This document shows positions 1 to 9,558 of a DNA stretch of 64,000 nt, in pieces. Within the stretch, counting starts at the first letter, position 1, and every line of letters starts with the position of its first letter. The notes beneath the pieces were generated by a model. That model saw nothing but the letters and a program-made list of their open reading frames with translations, was not told the DNA's origin and searched no databases. Source of the DNA: Candidatus Latescibacterota bacterium (GTDB lineage Bacteria; Latescibacterota; UBA2968; UBA8231); assembly GCA_965248265.1 (NCBI GenBank), contig CBDFJF010000001.1, positions 2,016,001-2,080,000 on the forward strand, given 5' to 3'. The translations under genes and the position numbers were made by a program.

Positions 1-368
1 TCTCGGTGGGCATACTTGGCGATCTCGTCGCAGGCCGCGACGATGAAGGTTATATCGGGATCCTTGGTCTTGCTCAGGGGAGTCGGGACACAAATGCAGA
101 TGCAGTCAACGTCCTGCAATACGGAGAAATCCGTCGTTGCCTTGAGCGTTCTTGCCTGTACAACTTCATTGAGCCGTTGATCCGGCACATCGTTCAGATA
201 AGACACGCCCGAGTTGACGCGCTCGACTTTTTTCTGGTCGGTGTCGATCCCGGTGGTCTCTATGCCACCACACGCGAATTCGATCGACAACGGTAACCCG
301 ACGTATCCGAGACCGATGACAGCCAGCCTTGCTTCGTGAGCTTCGATTTTCTCTACCAGATTACTCAC
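1..368 (-). CDS. Nucleotide-sugar 6-dehydrogenase (WbpA/WecC/TviB family), 5' part only; runs off the window start
   Basis: Not in the ORF track. Manual translation from GTG 368 gives MSNLVEKIEAHEARLAVIGLGYVGLPL...CICVPTPLSKTKDPD, with the Rossmann GxGYVG and CVPTP motifs; GAGGA RBS upstream. Confidence 0.9.
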   Translation of the reverse strand, partial: MSNLVEKIEAHEARLAVIGLGYVGLPLSIEFACGGIETTGIDTDQKKVERVNSGVSYLNDVPDQRLNEVVQARTLKATTDFSVLQDVDCICICVPTPLSKTKDPDITFIVAACDEIAKYAHR

Positions 369-408
369 GATTCGATTGAATCCTCATTCTCATCGCTGTT
401 ACTACCGG

Positions 409-1338
409 TCATTTCCGATACCACGCTACGGCTAGCTCTAAACCTTCTGTTGCGTGTACGAGTGGGTGGTAGTTTAGCTTTTCCTGTGCGGCCCCTATGT
501 CGGCTTGGGAAAGTGGCAGATCTCCGGTTTTTGCAGGACCGTAGGAGATATTCCCCTCTGTTGCTATCAGTTCCTGCAAGCGAGCGATGATCTCATTCAG
601 GCTCAAGCTGTCGCCGCAGCCGATGTTGAAAACACCGCCAGCTGCGTTCTGAGCATCGATCGCACACATGTTCGCGTGCACGACATTGGTGATGTAGGTG
701 AAGTCCCGCGAAATCGTGCCGTCGCCGTTCACCGTCAACGGGCGCCCTTCCATCATGCCGACGATGAAGATCGCGATGAAGGCCGAATACGCCGAGGTCG
801 GATCCATCCGCGGGCCGAAGACGTTGAAATACCTCAGAGCGACTGTCTCGAGACCGAAGGTATCGGCGTAGACCCGGCAGTATTTTTCTCCGGTCAACTT
901 GGTTACGGCGTATGGCGAGATTGGCTTCGGAAGCATATCCTCCCGCTTCGGCATCCCCTCACCCGAGCCGTACACCGAGGACGAGGACGCGAACACGACC
1001 CTTTTGACCCCGGCTTCCTTGGCCGCATCCAGCACATTCAGTGTCCCCCCGACGTTCACCTCGTTGGTCGTGATCGGATCCTCGATAGAGCGTGGAACAG
1101 AAGGCAATGCGCCCTGGTGCAGGACGTAGTCAGCCCCATTGACGGCCTGGCGAACGGTGTGCTGACTGCGCAGGTCCCCTTCGATGACCTCGATATGTCC
1201 GGCAAAGGGCGCCAGGTTCTCGCGCTTGCCGGTGGAAAAATTGTCGAGCACGCGGACTCGTTCGCCGCGGCCGAGGAGCTCTTCCACTAAATGCGATCCG
1301 ATGAATCCGGCACCGCCGGTGACAAGGAATAGTGCCAT
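409..1338 (-). CDS. NAD-dependent epimerase (UDP-GlcNAc/UDP-Glc 4-epimerase, WbpP-like extended SDR)
   Basis: TGGAGFIGS, ASSSSVYG, YAVTK (YxxxK), RYFNVFGP. Confidence 0.9.
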   Translation of the reverse strand: MALFLVTGGAGFIGSHLVEELLGRGERVRVLDNFSTGKRENLAPFAGHIEVIEGDLRSQHTVRQAVNGADYVLHQGALPSVPRSIEDPITTNEVNVGGTLNVLDAAKEAGVKRVVFASSSSVYGSGEGMPKREDMLPKPISPYAVTKLTGEKYCRVYADTFGLETVALRYFNVFGPRMDPTSAYSAFIAIFIVGMMEGRPLTVNGDGTISRDFTYITNVVHANMCAIDAQNAAGGVFNIGCGDSLSLNEIIARLQELIATEGNISYGPAKTGDLPLSQADIGAAQEKLNYHPLVHATEGLELAVAWYRK

Positions 1339-1350
1339 CAGTGCGCCACG

Positions 1351-2535
1351 TCAGGACCTGAATCCCACCTTGCGCCGCTCGCCGCTCCAGTGGATGTCGG
1401 GAGTGACCGCGTGTTTCTTGCTCTCGATCCTCTTTTTGTACTTCAACAAATCCTCGATTACCGTGCTCATCTCCTGGTCCATGTCATGGGTCGGCTGGTA
1501 TCCCAGGTCGAGGAGGTGTTGATGGTCGGGATTGTAGTAATGCTCTTCCATTTCCTTTCTTGGATTGTCCATGTTGCGAACCTCGACACTGAGTCCGTGA
1601 CTGGCACCCACCGTTTGGACCTTGAGGGCCAGCTCAGTGACGTCGTAAACCTCCTCGAACTGGTTGAACACGCGATACTCCCCCAGTGCCGGCGGATTCT
1701 CGATCGCCAGAGTCATGCATTGCATCGAGTCGCGCAGAGCAATGAAACCTCGTTTCTGATGGCCACCTCCGTATGGCGTGAGGGGATGACCGATCACGGC
1801 CTGAGCGCAAAACCGGTTGATGGCAGTCCCAAAACATTGATCAAAATCAAACCGTGTCACCAGATCCTCGTTTCCCTCGAAGGCGTCGACGCGAGTGCCG
1901 TAGACGACACCTTGCATGATGTCCGTCGACCTGAGACCCCAGATCCTGCACGCCATGGTTACGTTGTTGGAATCGTGCACCTTGCTCTGGTGATACCAGC
2001 TGCCGGCCTGCCGCGGGAAGGGCAGTTTGTCTTTTCTACCGCGATACTCGATCTCGAAGAAGCCTTCGGGGATGTCGAGATTCGGTGTCCCGTATTCACC
2101 CATCGTCCCCAGCTTCACCAAATGGCATTCCGGACAAGCTTCCTTCATCGCGTAAAGCAGGTTGAGGGTCCCAATTATATTGTTCTGTTGGGTGAAAACA
2201 CAGTGATGGACATCTATCATGCTGTAGGGAGCAGACGGCATCTCACCCAAGTGCACGATGGCTTCGGGTTGGAACGAGCGCAGAAAATTCAGTAGAAAGT
2301 CGAAGTTCATCAGGTCGCCTTTCCTAAAATCAAGGCTCGACCCGTAGGTCTCTGTAAATGCCGTCAGGCGGTCAGTCATGCGGCGAATCGGCGTTGCTGA
2401 TTGCGACCCCATTTCGGCGACCCAATCACGCCTGAAATACGTGTCAATGCCGGCGACCTCATGGCCTTTGGCCGTCAGGTGACACGACAGTGTCCATCCC
2501 AGGTACCCGTCTACACCCGCTATGAAAACTCTCAT
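1351..2535 (-). CDS. sqdB: UDP-sulfoquinovose synthase
   Basis: GVDGYLGW, PSAPYSM, HLVKLGTMGEYGTPN, YHQSKVHDS, NRFCAQAVIGHPLT and NPRKE match SqdB/SQD1/Agl3. Confidence 0.88.
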   Translation of the reverse strand: MRVFIAGVDGYLGWTLSCHLTAKGHEVAGIDTYFRRDWVAEMGSQSATPIRRMTDRLTAFTETYGSSLDFRKGDLMNFDFLLNFLRSFQPEAIVHLGEMPSAPYSMIDVHHCVFTQQNNIIGTLNLLYAMKEACPECHLVKLGTMGEYGTPNLDIPEGFFEIEYRGRKDKLPFPRQAGSWYHQSKVHDSNNVTMACRIWGLRSTDIMQGVVYGTRVDAFEGNEDLVTRFDFDQCFGTAINRFCAQAVIGHPLTPYGGGHQKRGFIALRDSMQCMTLAIENPPALGEYRVFNQFEEVYDVTELALKVQTVGASHGLSVEVRNMDNPRKEMEEHYYNPDHQHLLDLGYQPTHDMDQEMSTVIEDLLKYKKRIESKKHAVTPDIHWSGERRKVGFRS

Positions 2536-2720
2536 CCGTTATCCGTTGTGAGCAGATGCTCGTTTGTTAAGTCACGAAATAGTGTGCTCTGCAACGAGGA
2601 TTCTCCGTTTCACGATGTTGCCCATCCGAGAATCTCGAGACTTCGATGATAGGGTACGTCCGGATTCTTGCCCCGTGAACGGCATCACGTCCCGGATCAA
2701 TGCGGCCGAATGCATCGTAA

Positions 2721-3134
2721 TCACAGAAACGGCGCAAAGGCCTTCCGCAACTCCCCGAAATCCCCCAGGCGCTGATGAAGCACGTCGTACACGATCCCCC
2801 TGTCGATATCCAGATATTCATGCACAAGGATGTTCCTGAATCCGATCATCTGGATCCACTTCTCTGCCGAGCTTTCATTCAGGTGTTGTTTCTGGGCCAG
2901 AAGCGTCGGTATGTCAGCGTACGAATCGACCTCACCCAACCCCAGATCGGCGATAACGTGGTTGCCCAGGTCGATCAGTGCCTCTACGGCCAGTTGCAGA
3001 AAGCGCTCGGCGCTCCCATAGCGCTCTGGATTCTCCAGGAATTCCTCGCGCGTGTACTTCTGCAAGTCACCGAGAACAGCCACGTACTCATCGAGCTTGT
3101 TCAGGCGTTTCCGGATGACCTCCTTATTGACCAC
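2721..3134 (-). CDS. hepT: HepT-like HEPN ribonuclease toxin (DUF86)
   Basis: RX4H motif FRNILVHEY; ERFLQLAVEALID; GTG 3134 overlaps the end of the upstream MNT gene. Confidence 0.85.
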   Translation of the reverse strand: MVNKEVIRKRLNKLDEYVAVLGDLQKYTREEFLENPERYGSAERFLQLAVEALIDLGNHVIADLGLGEVDSYADIPTLLAQKQHLNESSAEKWIQMIGFRNILVHEYLDIDRGIVYDVLHQRLGDFGELRKAFAPFL

Positions 3135-3561
3135 TGAGTATCCTCCGGCGGTACGCCCGGCGCTGAACATCGAGATATGGCTTCAGATCCAGATATTGGC
3201 GTACCACGTTCGAAAACAGAGTGCCCCGGTCGAAGTCGACAGCCTGGTACACCAGCCGGTTGTGCCTGATCGCCTCGTACTTCAATACCATGTCACTGGT
3301 GTCCAGGAAGACGAGATCGACGTCGGTAAAGCCGAGACGCGCCAAGTCCGTGAGGATCTTCAGCTTCTTCTCACGCGCGGATCGGCTTCGCGGGACTACC
3401 GCCAGGTCCAGGTCGCTGCCGTGACGGGCCGCACCGATGGCGCGCGAGCCAAACAGGTATACCGCCTGGATATCCGGATAACGGCCGAACACCCCGGCCA
3501 GCACGGATAATTCACTGTCTGTTTCGGTCTGCGTGCTCACGGCCTCGTTCTTCGATTCCAT
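3124..3561 (-). CDS. mntA: MntA-like minimal nucleotidyltransferase antitoxin (type VII TA)
   Basis: YLFGSRAIGAARHGSDLDLAV (GSX10DXD) and DVDLVFL; paired with the HEPN gene. Confidence 0.85.
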   Translation of the reverse strand: MESKNEAVSTQTETDSELSVLAGVFGRYPDIQAVYLFGSRAIGAARHGSDLDLAVVPRSRSAREKKLKILTDLARLGFTDVDLVFLDTSDMVLKYEAIRHNRLVYQAVDFDRGTLFSNVVRQYLDLKPYLDVQRRAYRRRILSGQ

Positions 3562-3703
3562 CTCGTAATATCGCCGGATTTCCCTATCCCGTGGTTACCC
3601 ACCACTACAATCCAATTGATAATGTTCACCCCATCGGTTAGAATCCAATGTACCTGAGATTTTCCACCCATCAATAATAAGAAAAAGCCAGGATTCCTAT
3701 CTC

Positions 3704-5242
3704 ATGGACGCATCACACTATGCTATCAAACCCGCCATCAGGCCCAGGTTTTGTGGGGACTCGAGCACTCGTCGCCATCTAGTGGGCTTGTTCTCCTTCA
3801 CGTTCGCCCTGGCTCTGATATGGCTACTCCCACAACCCGTCCAAGCCAGCGAACCCCTCCCCCTCGAGGACTGCATCGCCCTGGCCTTGTCCAACAATCT
3901 GCAGCACCTCAGCGACCGCCAGAATCTCGAGGCCAGCCGAGCCCGCTACGAGCAAGCGCATTCGCCTTTCGCCATCGACGCCAATCTGGCCGTGACGGCT
4001 CCCAGCTACGTCGAGACGCAAGACACCTTCGAGGAGGCCGCGCTCCGCGAGCGTTTCCAGGAAGAGAACACGACCTTCCGTTATGAGACGCAGCTGAACC
4101 TGTCGCGCCGCGTCGACCGCGTCGGGCGCTTCAACGTGCGCAGCACCGGATTCCGCCACGACTTTGACTCCAACCGGCGGGAGGACTTCCTCGAGTACTT
4201 CGGCGATATCGACCTGCAGTACCAACGCGATTTACTGTCGACACCGAGCGACGAAATCGGGCTGCGGCAGGCTGAGCTGGACCTCACCATCAGCGGGTCA
4301 ACCCTGGAGCGCAGGGAGCTATTGCTTGAACAGCACGTCTCTGACACCTACTTCGACCTGGCCCGCAGCATCCGCCAGCTCGAAATCCAAGAACAGCGCC
4401 TGACCCAGGCCTCTGCCGCTTTGATTCTTGCCCAAAAGAAATACGAGATCGGCCTCATTGCTGAGGTCGAAGCACTGCGCCTGCAGGTCGAAAAACTGAA
4501 TGCCGAGGCCACCTTCGCCCAGGCGGAGACCGAGATTGAACGGCGACGCGACATTCTCCGGGACGTGCTCGGCCTCGACCACAACTCACCGCTCGAAATC
4601 GACACCGACGTTCAGGCCGAACGCCTCACCATCGATGAGGAGCACGCCGTCAGCGTCGGACTGGAAAACCGATCCGACATCATGGAGGCCGAGCTCCGCG
4701 AGCAAATCAACGAGCTCGACCTCGAGCGTCGCAGAGACCAGAGCGAGCTCAATGCCTCCGTCGTCGCTGGGGTGACCCTGCGGGGGCGCGGTCCTGAACC
4801 GGGCGACGTGTCCGACAGTTTCGAGCGCAGCAGGGTGATGGCGAGCCTTCAAATTGGCCTGCCCGTCGTCGACAGCGGTTGGCGTCGTGGCCTGGTGCGG
4901 CAAGGCGAAGCTGCGCTGGAACAGAGCCGGCTCTCGAGGAAAATGCAGCGCCAGCAGGTCATCCTCGACATCCGGGATGCCGTGCGTAACGTGCGTGAGG
5001 CGGAGCGTCAGATCGACTTGCGACAGGCCTCGCTGGAGGTAACCGAGCGCCAATACGAAGTCGAACAGGCACGGTTCGAACTGGGAATCGGCGACAGCCA
5101 GGAATTGTTGGATGCCCAGACGACGCTGACCTCGGCGCGCACGGAAGCGCTGGAGTCGGTCATCAACTACCGGCGCTCTCTACAGAGCCTCCGAGTGGCC
5201 ACGATGTCGGATTTGTCAGAGCTCGAAGCTGGAAAACAATAG
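3704..5242 (+). CDS. TolC-family outer membrane efflux protein
   Basis: Signal peptide ending VQA; LEDCIALALSNN; two OEP-like repeats (YEIGLIAEVE, RFELGIGDSQELLDAQ). Start codon uncertain. Confidence 0.85.
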   Translation: MDASHYAIKPAIRPRFCGDSSTRRHLVGLFSFTFALALIWLLPQPVQASEPLPLEDCIALALSNNLQHLSDRQNLEASRARYEQAHSPFAIDANLAVTAPSYVETQDTFEEAALRERFQEENTTFRYETQLNLSRRVDRVGRFNVRSTGFRHDFDSNRREDFLEYFGDIDLQYQRDLLSTPSDEIGLRQAELDLTISGSTLERRELLLEQHVSDTYFDLARSIRQLEIQEQRLTQASAALILAQKKYEIGLIAEVEALRLQVEKLNAEATFAQAETEIERRRDILRDVLGLDHNSPLEIDTDVQAERLTIDEEHAVSVGLENRSDIMEAELREQINELDLERRRDQSELNASVVAGVTLRGRGPEPGDVSDSFERSRVMASLQIGLPVVDSGWRRGLVRQGEAALEQSRLSRKMQRQQVILDIRDAVRNVREAERQIDLRQASLEVTERQYEVEQARFELGIGDSQELLDAQTTLTSARTEALESVINYRRSLQSLRVATMSDLSELEAGKQ

Positions 5243-5255
5243 GAGCCTGTCCGCT

Positions 5256-5744
5256 TTAGCTGTCGTCGTTCGAGTCCATCAGGGGATGACTGAACTCCTC
5301 GTCCTCACCGAAAATCATGCGTCGTGGCCTGAGGCGAGTGTAGTTGGGAATCTGGTTGGTCTCTTCCGCCTCCTGACAGGCGACACACAGACGCGCGGTC
5401 GGCAATGCATCAAGTCGTGGCTTGGGGATAAACGGACAGCCGTCACATAAGTGTAACGGGGTATCCAGACAGGCCTCACACTTGCCGTAGGTTCCGGTCT
5501 CCAGTTTCTCCAGCGACAGCAGGATCTCTTCCAGCTCACGTCTCTCGGTGTCTCCGAGGGCCACGAGCAGTTCCATGGTCCCGGCCTCAACGGCGCGATC
5601 AAGGTCATCGGCTTTGGGATCCTGCAGCTGATCGATCTCAGCCTCGTTGCCGTGTAGATCGGCGAGCAGCGCGGAGCGACGATCCAGCAGTCGCTTCCTG
5701 ACTTTGTCACGATCTCGTTTGTTGAGGGCGACCCTTTTGGCCAT
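5256..5744 (-). CDS. TraR/DksA-family C4 zinc-finger transcription factor
   Basis: Coiled-coil tip DDLDRA; GTYGKCEAC...RLDALPTARLCVACQE. Confidence 0.85.
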   Translation of the reverse strand: MAKRVALNKRDRDKVRKRLLDRRSALLADLHGNEAEIDQLQDPKADDLDRAVEAGTMELLVALGDTERRELEEILLSLEKLETGTYGKCEACLDTPLHLCDGCPFIPKPRLDALPTARLCVACQEAEETNQIPNYTRLRPRRMIFGEDEEFSHPLMDSNDDS

Positions 5745-5958
5745 TGTGTGCCTTCCTTCGTCTCGGACTTCCCGTCCTCTTCGGACTGACTGCCTTCTAA
5801 ATACACGGCCTTTCTTGACTCATACCGCGAGCCGGAGTTCCCGCTTTTCTGCGCCCATATCCGGCTGAGCCGCCGCGTTCCCAATATCGACTGAACCGAG
5901 CCAACGCTTTAATCCGTCCTGCCTCCATGTCGGGCATAATTTCGGACGTATTTTGGGC

Positions 5959-5998
5959 AAAAAAGAAGGCGGAGAAAGATAGCGATCCTCCTCCGCCT
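5959..5998 (-). terminator. Rho-independent terminator downstream of the UVR-motif gene
   Basis: Stem aggcggag/ctccgcct followed on the minus strand by tctttttt. Confidence 0.6.
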
Positions 5999-6078
5999 GT
6001 CAAACGCCAGAATCGTTTACGTATAACTACTTATTTTTATTGGATTAACAGAAACTACTACCAGCTATTGCTGCCGGT

Positions 6079-6861
6079 TTATTCCCGATCGATGTCTCGG
6101 AGCCGGTCTCTCAGTCGTGCGGCGAGCTCGAACTTCTCTTCCTCGACTGCAGCCTGCAGATCCACCAGCAGTTTTTCCTGAGGACTCCGGGGCCGGTTGT
6201 CCTCCACCTCTTTCTCCCAATCCCTGAGGAACTTGAGTTCGGGGCAATCGCCGTCAACAGCCTCCAACTCGTCCTGGGCAACCAGTATCTCTTCTATCTC
6301 AGCAATCCCTGTGCTGATTACCCGCAGAGCCTGCTCGTGCTGTTCGTGCTCGAGCGCGGCGAGTGCCCGAGCCTGGATGCGATGGGAGGTGACGAAGATC
6401 CGGTACTGGTCGGCAATCTGGCGATCTTCGTCGTGCTCTGCGTAATCCTGGCACATGTCCAGGATAGACAGGTTGTGTTCGGCGTCCTCCTGAGCCCGCG
6501 CATACTCCTTCAACTCGAAGAAGCTGATCCGGCGCCAGTAGTACTGCATCGCTTCCTGACTGAGAGCCCAGCAGTCTTCGCGCGACAGGGTAAAGGGTGT
6601 GCCATTCACTTTTGTCTGTTCATGATCGCGATGCAGTTCGGTAAAATGATCGAGCAGGGAGGTCCGATCGTGCGGTTGAGTACCGTCAGGCCGGCCTGAC
6701 CATTCCAGCTGCATCAAACCCAGATCCATGCGGATTTGAATCTTTTTTTCTTTATCGTGCCCCTCGATGGTCCGGACCTTGAGCTGACCCGGCTGGTAAT
6801 CCCAGTCTTCGAGGATTTGGCTGATGTCTTCGGATAAAGTTCGCATAGTCGGAACGACCAT
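6079..6861 (-). CDS. Conserved protein with C-terminal UvrB/UvrC (UVR) motif, paralog 1
   Basis: C-terminal LQAAVEEEKFELAARLRDRL; N-terminal KIQIRMDLGLMQLEWSGRPDGTQPH. Confidence 0.75.
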   Translation of the reverse strand: MVVPTMRTLSEDISQILEDWDYQPGQLKVRTIEGHDKEKKIQIRMDLGLMQLEWSGRPDGTQPHDRTSLLDHFTELHRDHEQTKVNGTPFTLSREDCWALSQEAMQYYWRRISFFELKEYARAQEDAEHNLSILDMCQDYAEHDEDRQIADQYRIFVTSHRIQARALAALEHEQHEQALRVISTGIAEIEEILVAQDELEAVDGDCPELKFLRDWEKEVEDNRPRSPQEKLLVDLQAAVEEEKFELAARLRDRLRDIDRE

Positions 6862-6942
6862 CAGTTCGTGGCGGCGGTCGTCAATACAATAATGGAGCGG
6901 CGAATAATACAGGGGCCGATCCGGGATGTCAATCTTGTATTT

Positions 6943-7851
6943 TCAATTTTCCGGCTGGAGCTGATTCTCCGTGGTTATTTCCTCCACGATCGCGAGTAAC
7001 TCCTGTCGCAGAGACGGCGTCGTCTGCTTGGTTCTGATCTGAGTTTCAATGACCGGCAGGGCGTCCTCACCCACTCCGACCAGAGACTGATGGGCCAGCT
7101 GTCTTTCTTCGGGGGTAAAGTTTCTGCGCTGTGGGGCCGGCCCGACATCCGGACCGAACATCCCGATCGGGGACCCGCCACGGCCACCCAATCCCCCCAG
7201 GCCTGAACCCAGCGTCGGATCGTCGAAAAACTGGGGAGGTAGTCGCAGAGAATCCTGCTGCGAAAACCAGGGATTCTCTTCGCCGGTGAATATCCCACGC
7301 ATGCCTCTGCGCTCCTGCTGCAAAGTCAGGATGTCGTAGTACTGTAACGCGGCCACCAGTATTTCGGCTGCCTTGGGGCCGCCCAGCTGCGAGATGACCG
7401 GCCAGGTGGCCAGGCGCAGGTCGACGTATTCGTCACCGAGGGACCGATCCATCAGTCGTCCCATCGGTTCGACGGCGCTGCGGTCGCCGATCTTACCCAG
7501 AGCAACCACAGCTTCTTCCTTGAAGGTCGTCCGCTTTTCATAGGAATGAAGCGCGCCGATCAGCGCGGGGACCGCGACCGGATCGCCGATCTCGCCCAGC
7601 GCCCGCGCTGCGCTGCGCCGGGTTCCGTAGGGATAATCCGGACGGGAGATGATCTCTATCAATTTCTTAAGCGCGCTCGCGCGCTCCTTCTCGTCACCCG
7701 CTTCGTATTTCTTCTGAAGGTTGGAGACGTTGCTGCAACCGACTCCACTCGCACACATCGCTGCAAACACAAGTATCCCCATTGCCAGGCGCAGCCCTAG
7801 CGCTTGCCGCCCTCTCGAGTGCTGTGGATATTCAGTTCCCTGTCGTGTCAT
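6943..7851 (-). CDS. HEAT-repeat protein, probable lipoprotein
   Basis: PBS-lyase-type HEAT repeats AARALGEIGDPVAVPALI and AVVALGKIGDRSAVEPM; hydrophobic stretch plus GVG-C lipobox. Start approximate. Confidence 0.7.
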   Translation of the reverse strand: MTRQGTEYPQHSRGRQALGLRLAMGILVFAAMCASGVGCSNVSNLQKKYEAGDEKERASALKKLIEIISRPDYPYGTRRSAARALGEIGDPVAVPALIGALHSYEKRTTFKEEAVVALGKIGDRSAVEPMGRLMDRSLGDEYVDLRLATWPVISQLGGPKAAEILVAALQYYDILTLQQERRGMRGIFTGEENPWFSQQDSLRLPPQFFDDPTLGSGLGGLGGRGGSPIGMFGPDVGPAPQRRNFTPEERQLAHQSLVGVGEDALPVIETQIRTKQTTPSLRQELLAIVEEITTENQLQPEN

Positions 7852-7918
7852 CTCAATGGAGTACCCCGTTGGAGCACCGTGCTGTTTGCGGGCGCGTAAA
7901 AGAAAGAACACTCTCGCT

Positions 7919-8731
7919 TTGACTCAGATTCAGCCCCATGACCGCCAACCGATTGCTGGTGTAAAAGATACGTGGGCGGTATCCAGCGGCAAGGGCGGTG
8001 TGGGCAAATCCACCCTGTGTGCCAATCTCGCCGTCGCCCTCGCTGCTCACCCTCTTCGGGTCGGCCTCATGGACACGGATATTTACGGGCCCAACATCCC
8101 CGGCATGCTCGGTCTGGACGCCACGAAACCGGAGGTCGACGAGCAGTCCGGTCGCATTCTGCCGCGCGAGGCGATGGGGGTACGCTGCATATCGATGGGC
8201 ATGCTCATCGACCCGGGAGTCCCCGTCATCTGGCGCGGCCCCATGCTGGCCAAAATGATCAACCAGTTCCTGTTCCAGGTCGCTTGGGGAGAACTTGACC
8301 TTCTGTTGCTGGACCTTCCTCCCGGCACCGGGGATGTGCAGATTTCGCTGACCCAGAGCGCCCCATTGACGGGTTCCGTCATCGTCACAACACCTTCTGA
8401 GATTGCTCTGGAAGATGTGCGCCGCGGTGTACAGATGTTCCGCCAAACAGAGGTTCCCATTCTCGGACTGGTCGAGAACATGAGCCACTTCATCTGTGAC
8501 AACTGCCAGGGATCCAGCGCGATTTTCGGGGAGGGCGGGGGGCAACGGACAGCCGAGCACTTCGACATTCCCTTCATTGGCCAGCTTCCTCTCGATGCTC
8601 GTGTACGAGAATGCGCTGATGGCGGCGCACCGATCGTCAGCGCCTTTCCGGAGTCACCGGCCGCCATCGCCGTTCGAGAAATTGCCAACAGCTTGTTGGC
8701 GCGGGCGGAGTCGCTGGAGCCCGCTTCGTGA
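7919..8731 (+). CDS. mrp: Mrp/NBP35 (ApbC) Fe-S cluster carrier ATPase, short form
   Basis: SGKGGVGKST, DIYGPNIP, WRGPM, DLPPGTGD, ENMS and CxxC; start placed at TTG 7919. Confidence 0.9.
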   Translation: MTQIQPHDRQPIAGVKDTWAVSSGKGGVGKSTLCANLAVALAAHPLRVGLMDTDIYGPNIPGMLGLDATKPEVDEQSGRILPREAMGVRCISMGMLIDPGVPVIWRGPMLAKMINQFLFQVAWGELDLLLLDLPPGTGDVQISLTQSAPLTGSVIVTTPSEIALEDVRRGVQMFRQTEVPILGLVENMSHFICDNCQGSSAIFGEGGGQRTAEHFDIPFIGQLPLDARVRECADGGAPIVSAFPESPAAIAVREIANSLLARAESLEPAS

Positions 8732-9552
8732 GCAAGAGACCTATCAAGGCCTACCGCGACGCGAGGTTCATGTCCAGCCCTGATGCGCGCACACTGCGCA
8801 TGCTGGCTGAGTACGTCGAGCCCGAGAGCCGGTTCTGTAACCAGGGCATCGACCGCACCATCGTCTTCTTCGGATCGGCACGCGCCCTTCCCCTGGAAGC
8901 GGCCACGGCTGCTCTCGCCCAGGCTCGCGAGACCGGCGTCGATGGCGCCGCGTTGGATACCCTCGAGATGCAGTTGCAGTTAGCACGCTATTATGAAGAC
9001 GCACGCTCACTGTCGGCTCTGCTGACCCGCTGGGCGCTGGAAACGACCACGGAAAGCGGAGAGCCATTCGTCATATGTTCAGGTGGAGGGCCCGGAATCA
9101 TGGAAGCCTGCAACCGGGGTGCATCGGAAGCTGGCGGACGCTCCATAGGCCTCAACATCAGCCTGCCGGCAGAGCAGGAGCCCAATCCTTACATCACCGA
9201 TGAGCTCAATCTGGATTTCCATTACTTCTTCATGCGCAAGCTCTGGTTCGTGCAGCTGGCCTGCGCCGCCGTGGTCTTTCCGGGTGGGTACGGCACCCTG
9301 GACGAGCTCGCCGAGCTGCTGACGCTGATACAGACAGGCCGCTCCAGCGGCATGCCGGTAGTGCTGTACGGCAGCCAGTACTGGGAGGAGGTGCTCAACT
9401 TCGAGGCATTGGAGCGCTGGGGCACGATCGAGGCGCGGGATCTGGAACTCATCCACCGGTGCGATACACCCGAAGACGCTTTCTCCTACCTGAAATCGAG
9501 TCTCGAATCAGAGCTGACGCCATCCGAGGCTTCATCGAAGCCGACTCCGTAG
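8728..9552 (+). CDS. LOG-family nucleotide phosphoribohydrolase, long type
   Basis: FFGSAR, SGGGPGIMEA, YFFMRK, PGGYGTLDE; GTGA overlap with mrp. Confidence 0.88.
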   Translation: MSKRPIKAYRDARFMSSPDARTLRMLAEYVEPESRFCNQGIDRTIVFFGSARALPLEAATAALAQARETGVDGAALDTLEMQLQLARYYEDARSLSALLTRWALETTTESGEPFVICSGGGPGIMEACNRGASEAGGRSIGLNISLPAEQEPNPYITDELNLDFHYFFMRKLWFVQLACAAVVFPGGYGTLDELAELLTLIQTGRSSGMPVVLYGSQYWEEVLNFEALERWGTIEARDLELIHRCDTPEDAFSYLKSSLESELTPSEASSKPTP

Positions 9553-9558
9553 ATCTGC

